Shown here: positions 49,653 through 59,278 of the stretch, piece by piece
Position numbering within the stretch: position 1 is the stretch's first letter
Layout: every line of letters starts with the position of its first letter
NCBI GenBank assembly: GCA_963664215.1
Contig: OY761014.1
DNA length: 64,000 bases
Strand: one strand, 5' to 3'
Source of the DNA: Candidatus Poribacteria bacterium
Lineage (GTDB): Bacteria; Poribacteria; WGA-4E; WGA-3G
The notes under the pieces: generated by a model
What the model saw: the letters and a program-made list of their open reading frames with translations, nothing else
The model's database searches: none
What the model was told of the DNA's origin: nothing
Program-made: the position numbers and the translations under genes

Positions 49653-51014
49653 CTATTCCAATACTTTCAGTGCCTTGGCTCCTGTTTCGCCCAACACCAC
49701 GACGTAGATCGCTTTCTTCGGCTGATACGAAATCCAGCCCCAGATCTCGGAGCAGACGATGTATTCGACCTGCTTGAGCATATCCCGCGTCGTCTCGATG
49801 ATGTCTGTGTTCATTTGGGAAACGTACTCGACCGCTTTCCGCTTGTCATATACAACAAACGCATTGTGCTTCGTCGAACTGCCCCCGGTGCCTGCCTGAA
49901 TCCGATCCTGAAGGTAGTCGTGCCACCCGACCCGAACCCCCTGCGCCAACTGGTTCATTACGGAGAAGCTCCCACCATACCCGCTCATGACGGCGTTGGG
50001 ACGCTCATTCATGTTCACCAGCATCACATTCGTGCCAGCAACTTTTGCCAATTGGAGATCCGTGATATCCGGGTCATACCCGATCGCAGATGTCAACATA
50101 TAGGAACGTTTGAACTTCTTCTGGATCGAGAGCCACGCTTTCGGGGTCATCGTATCGGTTGCCTCGGAATCCAGTTCCTGCAGCCGAATCAGCGTGCCAC
50201 CGAGGTCGTCGCCACCTGCACCATGCAACATCGTCTCAAGCCCTTCATCCACTTTCGCCATGATCCGCTGGACAGCGATCTCCTCGACGTGTTCCATCGC
50301 TTTGTCAATGAACTCGACTTCCCGAAGGTGTTCATACGTGAATGGAATCGCTAACATCCGCTTTTTCGGCTGGATGGGACGCTCAGAGGTGTCGAAGGTC
50401 GCCATCGGGGGATCCGCTCCAGGGGTCCGCTGCTCCTCACGGAAGGCATCTTCATCATACTCAAGGATCGTCGCACGGTAGTCTTTCTTGCTCGTCTCTG
50501 CCATGCGCGTCGTCAATTCCTCAAGCGCGATGTCCACTTCCACGTCTTCGTCCCAGTGCGCCATCGCATCGTGGTAAGGGGTGAGCGTTGAGCCAGGCGG
50601 CGTATCATGCACATCTTGGAAAGTGCCAGCACGTTCCCAACGCGCACGTCTTTCGGCTTTGCGTGCCGCCGCTTCGATCTGCGGGCGATACACCGTACTC
50701 CGATACGCGTTCAAACACATCTCTTTGAGGGCTAACTCTTTCGCAGGATCGCCAATCACGTCTTCACAGCGAGTCGGCCAGACACCCGCAGCAGGGTTGC
50801 AGACGGTGGTCATCTCCAAATCGTCAAGCACGACCTCAAACGCTGAAAGCCGTTCGTCATCGGCACCCAACTCGCCGTCTTTCTCCGGGTCATATTGGGA
50901 ATCAATGTACGCAGAAAACGGCATGCCCGCATCCGCGGCTTGCTCGACAAGCCCAGCGCGCTGCGATGGATTCCCATACCTTTCTACGATTTCTCGTGTC
51001 GTCATTAAAGACAT
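49653..51014 (-). CDS. Major capsid protein (HK97 fold, inferred)
   Basis: 453 aa after decoration/protease genes; RMLAIPFTYEHLRE, VYDKRKAVEYV..DIIETTRDMLKQVEYIV. Confidence 0.8.
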   Translation of the reverse strand: MSLMTTREIVERYGNPSQRAGLVEQAADAGMPFSAYIDSQYDPEKDGELGADDERLSAFEVVLDDLEMTTVCNPAAGVWPTRCEDVIGDPAKELALKEMCLNAYRSTVYRPQIEAAARKAERRARWERAGTFQDVHDTPPGSTLTPYHDAMAHWDEDVEVDIALEELTTRMAETSKKDYRATILEYDEDAFREEQRTPGADPPMATFDTSERPIQPKKRMLAIPFTYEHLREVEFIDKAMEHVEEIAVQRIMAKVDEGLETMLHGAGGDDLGGTLIRLQELDSEATDTMTPKAWLSIQKKFKRSYMLTSAIGYDPDITDLQLAKVAGTNVMLVNMNERPNAVMSGYGGSFSVMNQLAQGVRVGWHDYLQDRIQAGTGGSSTKHNAFVVYDKRKAVEYVSQMNTDIIETTRDMLKQVEYIVCSEIWGWISYQPKKAIYVVVLGETGAKALKVLE

Positions 51015-51091
51015 TCTCTTTTCTCCTTTCGTAGGGGCAAGATCGACTCGCCCATTATTGTCCGAAAATCAAGGGTCATCGGTCCGTTGAC

Positions 51092-51592
51092 CTACCCCGG
51101 CATTGTGATCAGCGCATGTGTGGTGTCAAACTCCAGCACCGAGCCTTTGCCCTTCAAAGCCGCAACTACGGCGTTAAGCTGCGTCCGAGCGGCGTTGTAA
51201 GCTGTCAACTTCTCCGCATCGGTATCTATGTCCGTCGCAGAAAGTTCCGCAAGGTCGGCAGGCAACGCTACCGCTTTCACATACCCTTTCGCATTACTCG
51301 GTCCGAGTCCAGCCACAAGTTTATCGCCACGCTTGACGGTCACACCGCTCGCAAGCGGGACACGCAACCCACCGAATAGGTACGCACCGGTGATCTGTGT
51401 GTCGTCAACAGCGATGATCACGCCGTCAAACGCTTCGCCATCCGCGGGTAATTCGGCTCTGCCCTCGTCATTGATTTTATAGACCTTGCCGACTGCCGTG
51501 CTACGGTGTTTGGCGGTTATGTCGTATGTGATCGTCTTCTTATCATGCCGGATACTCGTCGTCACCACATGCGGGTGTTCCTTTAAAGCCAT
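51092..51592 (-). CDS. Capsid decoration/stabilising protein (putative)
   Basis: 166 aa between protease/scaffold and capsid genes. Confidence 0.55.
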   Translation of the reverse strand: MALKEHPHVVTTSIRHDKKTITYDITAKHRSTAVGKVYKINDEGRAELPADGEAFDGVIIAVDDTQITGAYLFGGLRVPLASGVTVKRGDKLVAGLGPSNAKGYVKAVALPADLAELSATDIDTDAEKLTAYNAARTQLNAVVAALKGKGSVLEFDTTHALITMPG

Positions 51593-51635
51593 CGTTTTCT
51601 ATACCTCCTGTAATTGGTTGTCGGTTAAAGAGAGT

Positions 51636-51713
51636 GTGGGAGGGGTTTGCAACCAAGAAAGTGGGAAGGGTTTTGAACGAGAAAGTGCGAGGGGTTTTCA
51701 ACCCCGAATTCCC
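51636..51713 (+). repeat. Intergenic cluster of three GTGG-hairpin REP-like units
   Basis: gtgggaggggtttgcaacc..gtgggaagggttttgaac..gtgcgaggggttttcaaccccgaattcc. Confidence 0.8.
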
Positions 51714-51726
51714 TATCCCCTCTTCC

Positions 51727-53090
51727 CTATCGCCATCTCCGCTTCCGTTGACGCGGGGTCCGTTTCGTTCGCTCTGGGGGTGGTTCATGGTCGTCGGTTG
51801 ATCTTCTGCCCGCCGGTAACGCCGCATCGCCTTTTTTCTTGTTCTGCGCGATATGCTCTTCGAGTTTCTCCAAGGGCATGTCGCCGTAGTACTCGCGGTG
51901 ATACTCCTCATCGAAGTCGTCACCATACGCACGGTTACCCTGCTTGATCGCCTCTTCAACACGCGACTCCCGATACGCCTCGCCGTCCTCGGCAGCTTTC
52001 GTCAGATCGGCGATCTCGTCTTTCTGTTCCTCAACCTTCTCGCGGAGATCCGTCACTTCCGTTTTCACCTTCTCTATTACGGCATCGGGGTCATCGGTAG
52101 ACCGCACGTCCTTGAGATCCAAATCCTCCCGCAACGTCGTGACGATCTGCTGACGCGCCGTGTCCACATCCTGTGAGGCGTTCGTGAGATCAGCGATCTC
52201 GTCTTTCTGGGTTGAAACAGTGGTGCGAAGGGTCGATACCTCAGTCTCCAATGCCTTCACAACTTCATCGGGTTCGTCCGTCGAACGGATACCCGGAACC
52301 TTTAGCGCATCACGCAATTTCTCAATCCACTCATTATCTGTCACTGTAAATTCCTCCATAAAACTTCGCATCCGAGCCGCGACTTCGCTCTCAGGTATGT
52401 CGGTAGGCATTGGGTTACCTAACCCGTAAGCGGTTGGGTCACCCCACCCGTACATGAGAAACCGCTGCTTCTCGATGGAAGTGTGTCGGTTAGAGCCAAA
52501 CTCAACGAGGGAGACCTCTTTCAGCCTCGCATCGAAGATCGTGTAAGTAGCCTTTTCCATTTTGCCATCTTTGTTTTCGTACTGTTTACCCATCTTGTGA
52601 GTGCATTGCCCCTCACGTTCGGGTTCCCAATCCCAATAGGAGTACCGCCGTATCGGAGATTACACAAATTACAGATCTCACGCGCATCGTAGAATCCGAT
52701 AGAGACCTGGTTGATTAATTCGTGTTCAATTGCCCTGATCAATTTCTCAGAAGTTCGGAACTCACGACTGCCCCCATCATATTCCATGTTCTTGAGAATG
52801 AAGAAATCGATCAGCAACTCGTTTTTGTCAGTGAGAATCGCATTCGCTGAACGTCCATAGCCGAAAGATCGCCACGCGTGATGGTCCTTCAACGACACGC
52901 CGGGCTTCGCTTTCGCGTCCTTCTCAAAGTTTTTGAGAGTGGTCTTGGGATCCATCATAGAATTATGCCGATCCAACTTGTCATTACTTGCGGTGATGCG
53001 CACCCAGTATTTGTCATCATCTTCTTCGGGGAGATCCGAATGCATCGCGCGAGTACCAATGCTAACAGGGAAAAGTCTTATATCTTCCAT
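51727..53090 (-). pseudogene. Prohead protease-scaffold fusion split by a 1-nt deletion near 52645 (mutation or assembly error)
   Basis: ASNDKLDRH, DHH, VSIGF, ICNLC in frame A continue as PIRRYSYW..QCTHKMG..LKEVSLVEFGSN plus coiled-coil repeats in frame B; SD gagga at ~53097. Confidence 0.75.
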
Positions 53091-53143
53091 ACTTATCCTC
53101 CTTTCAATCGTTGATCTAAACCTCTTCACGCTCTCTTTTTTTC

Positions 53144-53172
53144 TTGACGTTTCATGTCAAAAATGCTATAAT
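53144..53172 (+). promoter_or_regulatory. Sigma70 promoter of GIY-YIG cassette 3
   Basis: TTGACG-17-TATAAT with extended TG. Confidence 0.8.
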
Positions 53173-53178
53173 ATTGAT

Positions 53179-53254
53179 GTATTGCTGGTAGAGAATGCTA
53201 TCCTCGTCGCAAGGCGGGGTCTCTACCACCACCGAATAGCATCGGGAGCAATAC
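53179..53254 (+). ncRNA. Pseudoknotted leader of GIY-YIG cassette 3
   Basis: gtattgct/agcaatac outer; ggtagaga/tctctacc P1; atgctat/atagcat P2 crossing P1; cctcgtc-GCAA-ggcgggg hairpin. Confidence 0.65.
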
Positions 53255-53288
53255 ACTTTTAGCAATACAACCCCCGAAGGAGTTTCTT

Positions 53289-54272
53289 ATGGAAAATCCT
53301 GGTATCTATATTCTCACGTCCCCAAGCGACAAACAGTATGTTGGTAAAGATAGTAATTTGCCCAAACGTGCTACACAACATTTGCGCGGAAAAGAACCTA
53401 CGTGTCCTCGTATCCATAATGCTATCAAAAAATATGGTGCTAACACCTTTTCTCTTCAAATCATCCAATACCCCGGCATTTCGCAAGAGGCTTTGAATGC
53501 GGTGGAACGCTGGTGGATTCGCCGACTTCAAACACTGTCTCCATCGGGCTATAATCTGACCGAGGGAGGTGAGGGTGTTATCCCCTCCGAAGAAACACGT
53601 CAAAAAATAAGTAAAAAAGCCTCTAAACGCGTTGAAGAAGGCACACATAATCTTCTGGGGACGAACAACCCAAGTCACAAACGCATCGCGGACGGAACAC
53701 ACCCTTTTCTTGACAGTGAAATTCAGAGGCGTGCTCAAATAAAACGAGATGCGGTTAACAAAAAACGACTTGAAGAGGGTACACATAACTTCCTTGATAG
53801 TGATTTTCAGCGTCACAACAACCAAAAACGAATCAAGGATGGCACCCATAATTTGCTCGGAAAGGAGAATCCAAGCCATAAACGCGTAGCGGATGGCACA
53901 CATAACTTTCTTGGGGATAGCAATCCAATGAAACAACGTTCTAAAAATGGCACACACCATTTTCTTGGTAGTGATTTTCAGCGTCGCCGCGTCAAGGATG
54001 GTACGCATAACTTCCTCGGGAGTAGCCAAAATCGTAAACGACTTGAGGATGGCACACATCACTTCCTGGGCGAGAACAACCCAATGAGAAGGCTTGCCAA
54101 AGAAGGCAGACATCCGAGTACCCTCAAACGCCAAAAAGCCGAATGGTGCTATATCATTGCGTTGTCTCGGTTTTGGTATGAAATTCATGATTATACCCTT
54201 AAGCGTCGTGCCGAGTTCCTCTCGAAAGATATTCCCGATACGTCAAATGCCGAACAGGAATACCTCTTTTAG
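53289..54272 (+). CDS. Free-standing GIY-YIG endonuclease with GTHxFL repeats
   Basis: GIYILT..KQYVGK..R; GYNLTEGGEG; eight GTH(N/H/P)(F/L)L(G/D) units. Confidence 0.85.
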   Translation: MENPGIYILTSPSDKQYVGKDSNLPKRATQHLRGKEPTCPRIHNAIKKYGANTFSLQIIQYPGISQEALNAVERWWIRRLQTLSPSGYNLTEGGEGVIPSEETRQKISKKASKRVEEGTHNLLGTNNPSHKRIADGTHPFLDSEIQRRAQIKRDAVNKKRLEEGTHNFLDSDFQRHNNQKRIKDGTHNLLGKENPSHKRVADGTHNFLGDSNPMKQRSKNGTHHFLGSDFQRRRVKDGTHNFLGSSQNRKRLEDGTHHFLGENNPMRRLAKEGRHPSTLKRQKAEWCYIIALSRFWYEIHDYTLKRRAEFLSKDIPDTSNAEQEYLF

Positions 54273-54278
54273 GCATCG

Positions 54279-55691
54279 TTAATTGACGATGCCCTCTCTG
54301 ACTTGCATCCAATCTAAACTCCCATACGTCCGCAGCCCTGCGGAATGCCTGTCTTTTTCCGATTTGAACTTCTCAAGCGCGTCCTGATAGTCCTTGTCTT
54401 CAATGCCCTCCATACCCTGCAGCTCCTTGAGTTTTTTGAGGTTGTCAATCTTCGTCCCCTCCGCTTCCGCCATGGCTTTCACGTCCTGCGGATCCGGTGT
54501 GTTCTCGAAATAGAACTGGACCTTCCCTTGCCGTCCTTCCGCCCGTAAGACGTACCCAAGGAGCGTCGACATGACACCCGCAACCGTCGACTGGATACTC
54601 GATATGTTGATTCGGTAGTCACGTCTCTGTTCAACGGCATGGGACTCCGCGACCGATTCATTACTGTGCTGTTTTATGGGGGTGCTGCCCGTAGCTCTAC
54701 CCACCCGACGGTCATATAGTCTCATCAGCCCATCGACCAATCCGAAGAAACTTGTCTGCATCTGACCGCCCTTCGGCATTTCGACTTCCACGATGTCTAA
54801 ATACGCATACCCCTCGTTCGGCTTTAAAGTTGAGTACCGCTGGTTGATACCCGCAAGGAAGTCTTGGATAAATTCGTCTTCCTTATCAACATCACCGATG
54901 ACATCCGCCGGCATGAAGTCTCGCAACTTCTCCGAATCCACCTTAAACCCTGCCCGCGCCCAGCCTTGCGATTCCAAGACTCTCCGAAAATCGTGCATCA
55001 CCCCTAACATCCGAATCACATCTAACGGTGCCGATTCCAACATAGACCTGCCGAAGGGTTCATTCGGGCCCGCATTGAACGGCACATACATCACCGTCGG
55101 ATCGTCCTGTAGCGATACCCATTTCCCTTGCTGCCATTGACCGAGCTCCCAGTCGTTGCCGTGACGATTGAAACGCGCAACATAAGGATCCATCACCGCA
55201 ATGTCCATCGCCATGTCCGCCGCTTCGTTGAGTTCCAGCTCCCAAAAAATAGCGCCGCCTTTGTAGATGCCGGCAAACACTCTGTCAATCAACACGTCCG
55301 GATCATGATGTTTCGCCGCAAGCCTGTCAAAGAAACCATCGATAACCGGGGTTGCACCTTTCGGCTTCACTTGGTAACCCCAAGATTCGTTCGCGTTCCG
55401 CAGGAAATCCTCATACGCTTTTTTGACCTCCGGGCTGATACTCGTGACGAGTTTCATGAACTGATCCACCGGCAGATGTAGCAGTTCCTCTTCTGTCCAG
55501 TTTTTCAGTTGCCACACACTTCGCGACCGTTCCGGCGGGGCAACATGATACATCGTGTGCTGCCGATGCGGATCCTGCATCGAGACGCGACCGCCACTCA
55601 ATGCCCGTGTGTTACGGTGCTTCGCAATTGCTTTTGGATTCCTGCCGAAAATCCGTTTGCTGTAGTGTTGGAGTGTCCTTTGTAGATTCAT
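54279..55691 (-). CDS. Portal protein
   Basis: 470 aa after the terminase; NEPFGRSMLESA motif. Confidence 0.75.
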   Translation of the reverse strand: MNLQRTLQHYSKRIFGRNPKAIAKHRNTRALSGGRVSMQDPHRQHTMYHVAPPERSRSVWQLKNWTEEELLHLPVDQFMKLVTSISPEVKKAYEDFLRNANESWGYQVKPKGATPVIDGFFDRLAAKHHDPDVLIDRVFAGIYKGGAIFWELELNEAADMAMDIAVMDPYVARFNRHGNDWELGQWQQGKWVSLQDDPTVMYVPFNAGPNEPFGRSMLESAPLDVIRMLGVMHDFRRVLESQGWARAGFKVDSEKLRDFMPADVIGDVDKEDEFIQDFLAGINQRYSTLKPNEGYAYLDIVEVEMPKGGQMQTSFFGLVDGLMRLYDRRVGRATGSTPIKQHSNESVAESHAVEQRRDYRINISSIQSTVAGVMSTLLGYVLRAEGRQGKVQFYFENTPDPQDVKAMAEAEGTKIDNLKKLKELQGMEGIEDKDYQDALEKFKSEKDRHSAGLRTYGSLDWMQVREGIVN

Positions 55692-55882
55692 AAAACAGTT
55701 TCAAAATGTGGTAAGGAAGCTTTATCACGTAAAAAACGGGTTTCGGTGAGCATTTCAGCTGAGTCGTTTATCCTAACAACCACATTTTTTCTGTCAGGTG
55801 AAACCCTTAATATCACGGCTTTCAAACTTGATCCGTCAGGTAATACCACAAAGACTTTTTGACCTTTCTTGTATTTCCGCAT
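55688..55882 (-). CDS. Small SH3/KOW-like hypothetical protein
   Basis: KKGQKVFVV..KAVILRV pattern; coupled to both neighbours. Confidence 0.5.
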   Translation of the reverse strand: MRKYKKGQKVFVVLPDGSSLKAVILRVSPDRKNVVVRINDSAEMLTETRFLRDKASLPHFETVL

Positions 55883-55883
55883 A

Positions 55884-57317
55884 CTATCGCATTTTCACCG
55901 ATCCGTGGATGACGCGTCCGCTACCGACACCGCGTCGTTTTCCGAGACTCTGCACCAGATAACTCGTGCCGTCCACCCCGTGATTGTCACCGACGACATC
56001 CTCATCGTCTCTGCGCGTGCCTTTCAATTTCTCGGCATAACTCAAACTCAAAAATTCGTCTGTGACCTCAACCGGACGGTAATCTTCCTTCAGGTCTTCA
56101 TCTGGCGGATGCACCAGCCGATCCCGTAAGAAAAAGATCGCCGGTTGACCTGTGGCGTCCTTCTTCAGCCGTTCCTTGACAGCGTCGATCTGCGCAACCC
56201 TGTCTTTTTTCGGTTCGTTCACCCGGAATTTAGCACGCTTGAGCTGCTCTACACCGTCCTGATCCTCACTGTCTACCGCGGCATACCGTATCCGATCGTC
56301 TCTATCACAGTTATCTGTTATCAGCTGGATCAAGTCCGGTTTCGTTAACCGCGTTTTGTAGATTTCCTTATAGGCATAGAGCCTATCGTCTGGAGAGTGC
56401 GCCCACCAGATAACGCTCGCAGGATTACGGAACCCCCAGTCAACACTCAAATAGCGAGGCCAATTCGGCATGATGGTTACGTCAACGATGTGCGTCTCCG
56501 GCTCAAAATCGTCAAAAACTAACCCTTCACCCGATGCCCAGAGTCCGAGGAAACCCCGCTTAAACCTTAACCCATCCAGATTCTTGAGTTTCTCTACACG
56601 CCGTAAGCCGCTATCCGAAAACAGATCCATGATTTGATCGAGCAACTTCGGATCCGGGTTGTTCTCAAACGCAATCTTGAAAGCCCTCAGTCGATCTGAA
56701 CCCTGTTGTATGATCTCAGGGTTGTCCAAGAACGACATCCGGAAATACTTAAGTTTGTCGTCTTTCGTTTGATCGCGTATCCAGTGATTCGGAACGTTCG
56801 GATTGCAATCCCCGACAAGCATCGCAATCGGCATCGTCCCAGCCCGTTCAGAGACACGCGCCGTCAGTTCGTCCCACGCATCAAAAGGCACGAGTTCGGC
56901 TTGGTTGACAAACCCTGCATCAAAGAAATCGGATAACAGGTTCTGCGGCTTGTCCAACCCGTTCATGTAGATCCGAGTACCGTTGTCGTACTCGAAAAAC
57001 TCCGGACGCTCACCCCCAAACCGTGTCACGTCTCTGCCTTCAGGGTTATCATCGCGACTCGGCGGTTTGTAACCGAGATATTTCTCATACGTCGGGATGA
57101 TGTTCCGATACACTCGGTTCAGAGACCTATGAATGAAGGTCATCCGAGCCCCAGGCCAATCCAGCGCCAACTTATCTATATAGGCACACAGACTATACGT
57201 TTTACCAGCATCATAAGTGCCGCCCGCAATTTTCACACTTGCCTGCGAACCCCACAGATCCGCCATCGAACCATATACAGCAAAAGCACCCTCACGGAAC
57301 TGGTAAACGTTACGCAT
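55884..57317 (-). CDS. terL: Terminase large subunit (PBSX/SPP1-like)
   Basis: Walker A GGTYDAGKT; VGDCNP coupling motif; nuclease SVDWGFRNP and DNHGVDG. Confidence 0.92.
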   Translation of the reverse strand: MRNVYQFREGAFAVYGSMADLWGSQASVKIAGGTYDAGKTYSLCAYIDKLALDWPGARMTFIHRSLNRVYRNIIPTYEKYLGYKPPSRDDNPEGRDVTRFGGERPEFFEYDNGTRIYMNGLDKPQNLLSDFFDAGFVNQAELVPFDAWDELTARVSERAGTMPIAMLVGDCNPNVPNHWIRDQTKDDKLKYFRMSFLDNPEIIQQGSDRLRAFKIAFENNPDPKLLDQIMDLFSDSGLRRVEKLKNLDGLRFKRGFLGLWASGEGLVFDDFEPETHIVDVTIMPNWPRYLSVDWGFRNPASVIWWAHSPDDRLYAYKEIYKTRLTKPDLIQLITDNCDRDDRIRYAAVDSEDQDGVEQLKRAKFRVNEPKKDRVAQIDAVKERLKKDATGQPAIFFLRDRLVHPPDEDLKEDYRPVEVTDEFLSLSYAEKLKGTRRDDEDVVGDNHGVDGTSYLVQSLGKRRGVGSGRVIHGSVKMR

Positions 57318-57325
57318 ATTTTCAG

Positions 57326-57949
57326 TTACACCGTGATTTCCTCTTGTACCGGTTTCGGCATCTTCGCGAGAATCTCTCGCATGCTCTCGTCATATTCCCG
57401 AATAACCTTCAACTGCTTTTCAGGTGGCGCATTTTCAAGGTCATGCTGCTCTCGTTCCACCGTTTTCTGCTTGGCATCTTCCACCGCTTGCCGCGTGTTT
57501 GTGTCATACCCCCGATGCACCAGATACCACCGTTTCATCAACTGATCTATCGTCGCCGCTACCCAGCGTAGACTTTTTATCAAGTCTATCTTCTCTTCGA
57601 TCGTCGTCTTCGTAGCCAATTCTGATGTAAGTGTGGCCACAATATCGTCCAATAGCAGGTCATAGACATTTAACATCTTGTTAATTGTTTCTATGTTGTC
57701 AGACGCTTCACGCGAATTTTCCGCCCCCGCCGGCGCATCTTGCACCGCTGCTGGAGCCTCCGGTAAGGTATATTTCCCTGTCCCCTCACGCTTAATTTCG
57801 CCACGGTTCGTGAGTACTGAAAGGCGTTTCTTTATAGAGGATACCGAGCCTCCCACGGCTTTATAAATTTCATGATTCCGTTTCATACCGCCTACAAGGC
57901 ACTTCTTAATCGCCGCGTCAAGAGGAGAAGTTTGAGGAGACTTAGACAT
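57326..57949 (-). CDS. Putative terminase small subunit
   Basis: N-terminal wHTH plus helical C-terminus, directly upstream of terL. Confidence 0.6.
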   Translation of the reverse strand: MSKSPQTSPLDAAIKKCLVGGMKRNHEIYKAVGGSVSSIKKRLSVLTNRGEIKREGTGKYTLPEAPAAVQDAPAGAENSREASDNIETINKMLNVYDLLLDDIVATLTSELATKTTIEEKIDLIKSLRWVAATIDQLMKRWYLVHRGYDTNTRQAVEDAKQKTVEREQHDLENAPPEKQLKVIREYDESMREILAKMPKPVQEEITV

Positions 57950-57952
57950 GGT

Positions 57953-58142
57953 TTCAGACCCACTTAGATGGTTTTAGAACCACTTTAGAGATTCTTGAGA
58001 TACGCTTCAGAACCTAATTCAGACCCGCTGGGGATACTTTCCAGCTCTAATTCAGACCCGCTGGGGACGTGTTCTTTTTATTTCGTTAATAATCCGTAAA
58101 GAGGGAGTACCTCTTAAAATCATGGAACATCATGGAACATCA
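57953..58142. repeat. Direct repeats upstream of the terminase (packaging-site candidate)
   Basis: taattcagacccgctggg at 58015 and 58047; partial ttcagaccc at 57953; atcatggaac x2 at 58119-58142. Confidence 0.6.
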
Positions 58143-58199
58143 CAGTCAAAAATAGTATACTCTGCCGAACCCAACCCCTGAAACCACATTCAACATCCT

Positions 58200-58250
58200 G
58201 ATATGCTGATTTACAATACATAAACAATAAAATATGAAAAAAGTGGTCAG
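58200..58250 (+). repeat. ~50-bp conserved site (copy 2 of 3)
   Basis: gatatgctgatttacaatacataaacaataaaatatgaaaaaagtggtcag. Confidence 0.8.
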
Positions 58251-58401
58251 AGGAAGGGAAATCGGTCGATTGTTACCCAAAATCTCTTGTAACTGATAAC
58301 TGAAAACCATTAAACACTTGAAAATCTATCTTGCTTATGATAAAATAATAGATTATAAAAAGACTAATTATCTTCATCTGCCCACGGAGAACACACACTG
58401 A

Positions 58402-58680
58402 ATGCCTAAACTTGAGCGAACTACATTTACACTCACCCAACACCAAATCGAATGGATCGATGAACAGAGTAAGAAAACCGGACTCCTCAAATCTGAAATC
58501 ATGCGACGCGCAGTCGACCAGTATGAAGAACAGGAAGAAGCGAAAGAGGAACGCCAGTTTTTTACACCCGAACAGCGGCGCGAGATCAAAGAAATCGCAC
58601 GGGCGAAAGGTGTTTCAGAACTCTCTGTTATCCGTCGGGCAATCGATAGAGAACTCAACCGATTCTTTCGGAGATACTAA
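58402..58680 (+). CDS. Tandem ribbon-helix-helix (CopG-like) regulator
   Basis: RTTFTLT..EWIDEQSKKTGLLKSEIMRRAV and EIKEIARAKGVSELSVIRRAI. Confidence 0.75.
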   Translation: MPKLERTTFTLTQHQIEWIDEQSKKTGLLKSEIMRRAVDQYEEQEEAKEERQFFTPEQRREIKEIARAKGVSELSVIRRAIDRELNRFFRRY

Positions 58681-58748
58681 TTTTCATCACCCAGGCGCGA
58701 AGTCCCAAACGACGTTTGGGGCGACTCTAAAGTAACGGAGGTATCAAA

Positions 58749-59054
58749 GTGGTTAAAAATAGAATGGGGATCCCTGAAGAATATGAGCCAGTACTACCGG
58801 GGAAAGTCAAAGAATGGATTGCGAAAAAGGCAGCACAGGCAAAAGCGGAGGGACAGCGTGTTTTTTATCAGTGTGTGGATATGCCGAATTTCTGGTCTGC
58901 CGATGGACATAAAAGTTATAAGCAGGAGGGCGTTTCCGCCGTCGATGCCGTGTTATCCAATCCAGAAAACGAAGGGGCATTGATGATACCCTTTCAACAG
59001 GAAACCACCTTTACCGTCCAAGACGGCACCATGCTACCAAACCGAGGCAACTGA
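58749..59054 (+). CDS. Hypothetical phage protein
   Basis: SD ggagg plus GTG; 101 aa. Confidence 0.6.
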   Translation: MVKNRMGIPEEYEPVLPGKVKEWIAKKAAQAKAEGQRVFYQCVDMPNFWSADGHKSYKQEGVSAVDAVLSNPENEGALMIPFQQETTFTVQDGTMLPNRGN

Positions 59055-59278
59055 TGGACAAGATCATAATCGATAAGCATACGTATGCCTGTGCTCTCTC
59101 TGAACTCGCATTCACGGTGGGGACCCTCAAAGGCATCAACGGCGCACTACAGGCGTTGGGAGCGGAAATCGACCTTGATAAACTAAACCGGCTTATCGGG
59201 GACACACATCAACGCTCAGAAAAAGCACTCGAATTACTGCTTCAACTGATTTTAACAGCAGAGGTGGAAAAGAAATGA
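59054..59278 (+). CDS. Hypothetical helical protein
   Basis: Translationally coupled (TGATG). Confidence 0.6.
   Translation: MDKIIIDKHTYACALSELAFTVGTLKGINGALQALGAEIDLDKLNRLIGDTHQRSEKALELLLQLILTAEVEKK

Noticed and set aside
52630-52660. Programmed -1 frameshift in the protease gene
   Set aside because: No slippery heptamer; the P-site tRNA could not re-pair. A deletion or sequencing error is more parsimonious.
53179-53254. Canonical HDV/theta ribozyme call
   Set aside because: The topology matches but the P3/L3 consensus and P1.1 pairing do not; kept only as a testable hypothesis.
27011-54272. GIY-YIG genes as group I intron-encoded endonucleases
   Set aside because: They are intergenic and antisense, interrupt no ORF, and I saw no group I P7/catalytic core sequence.
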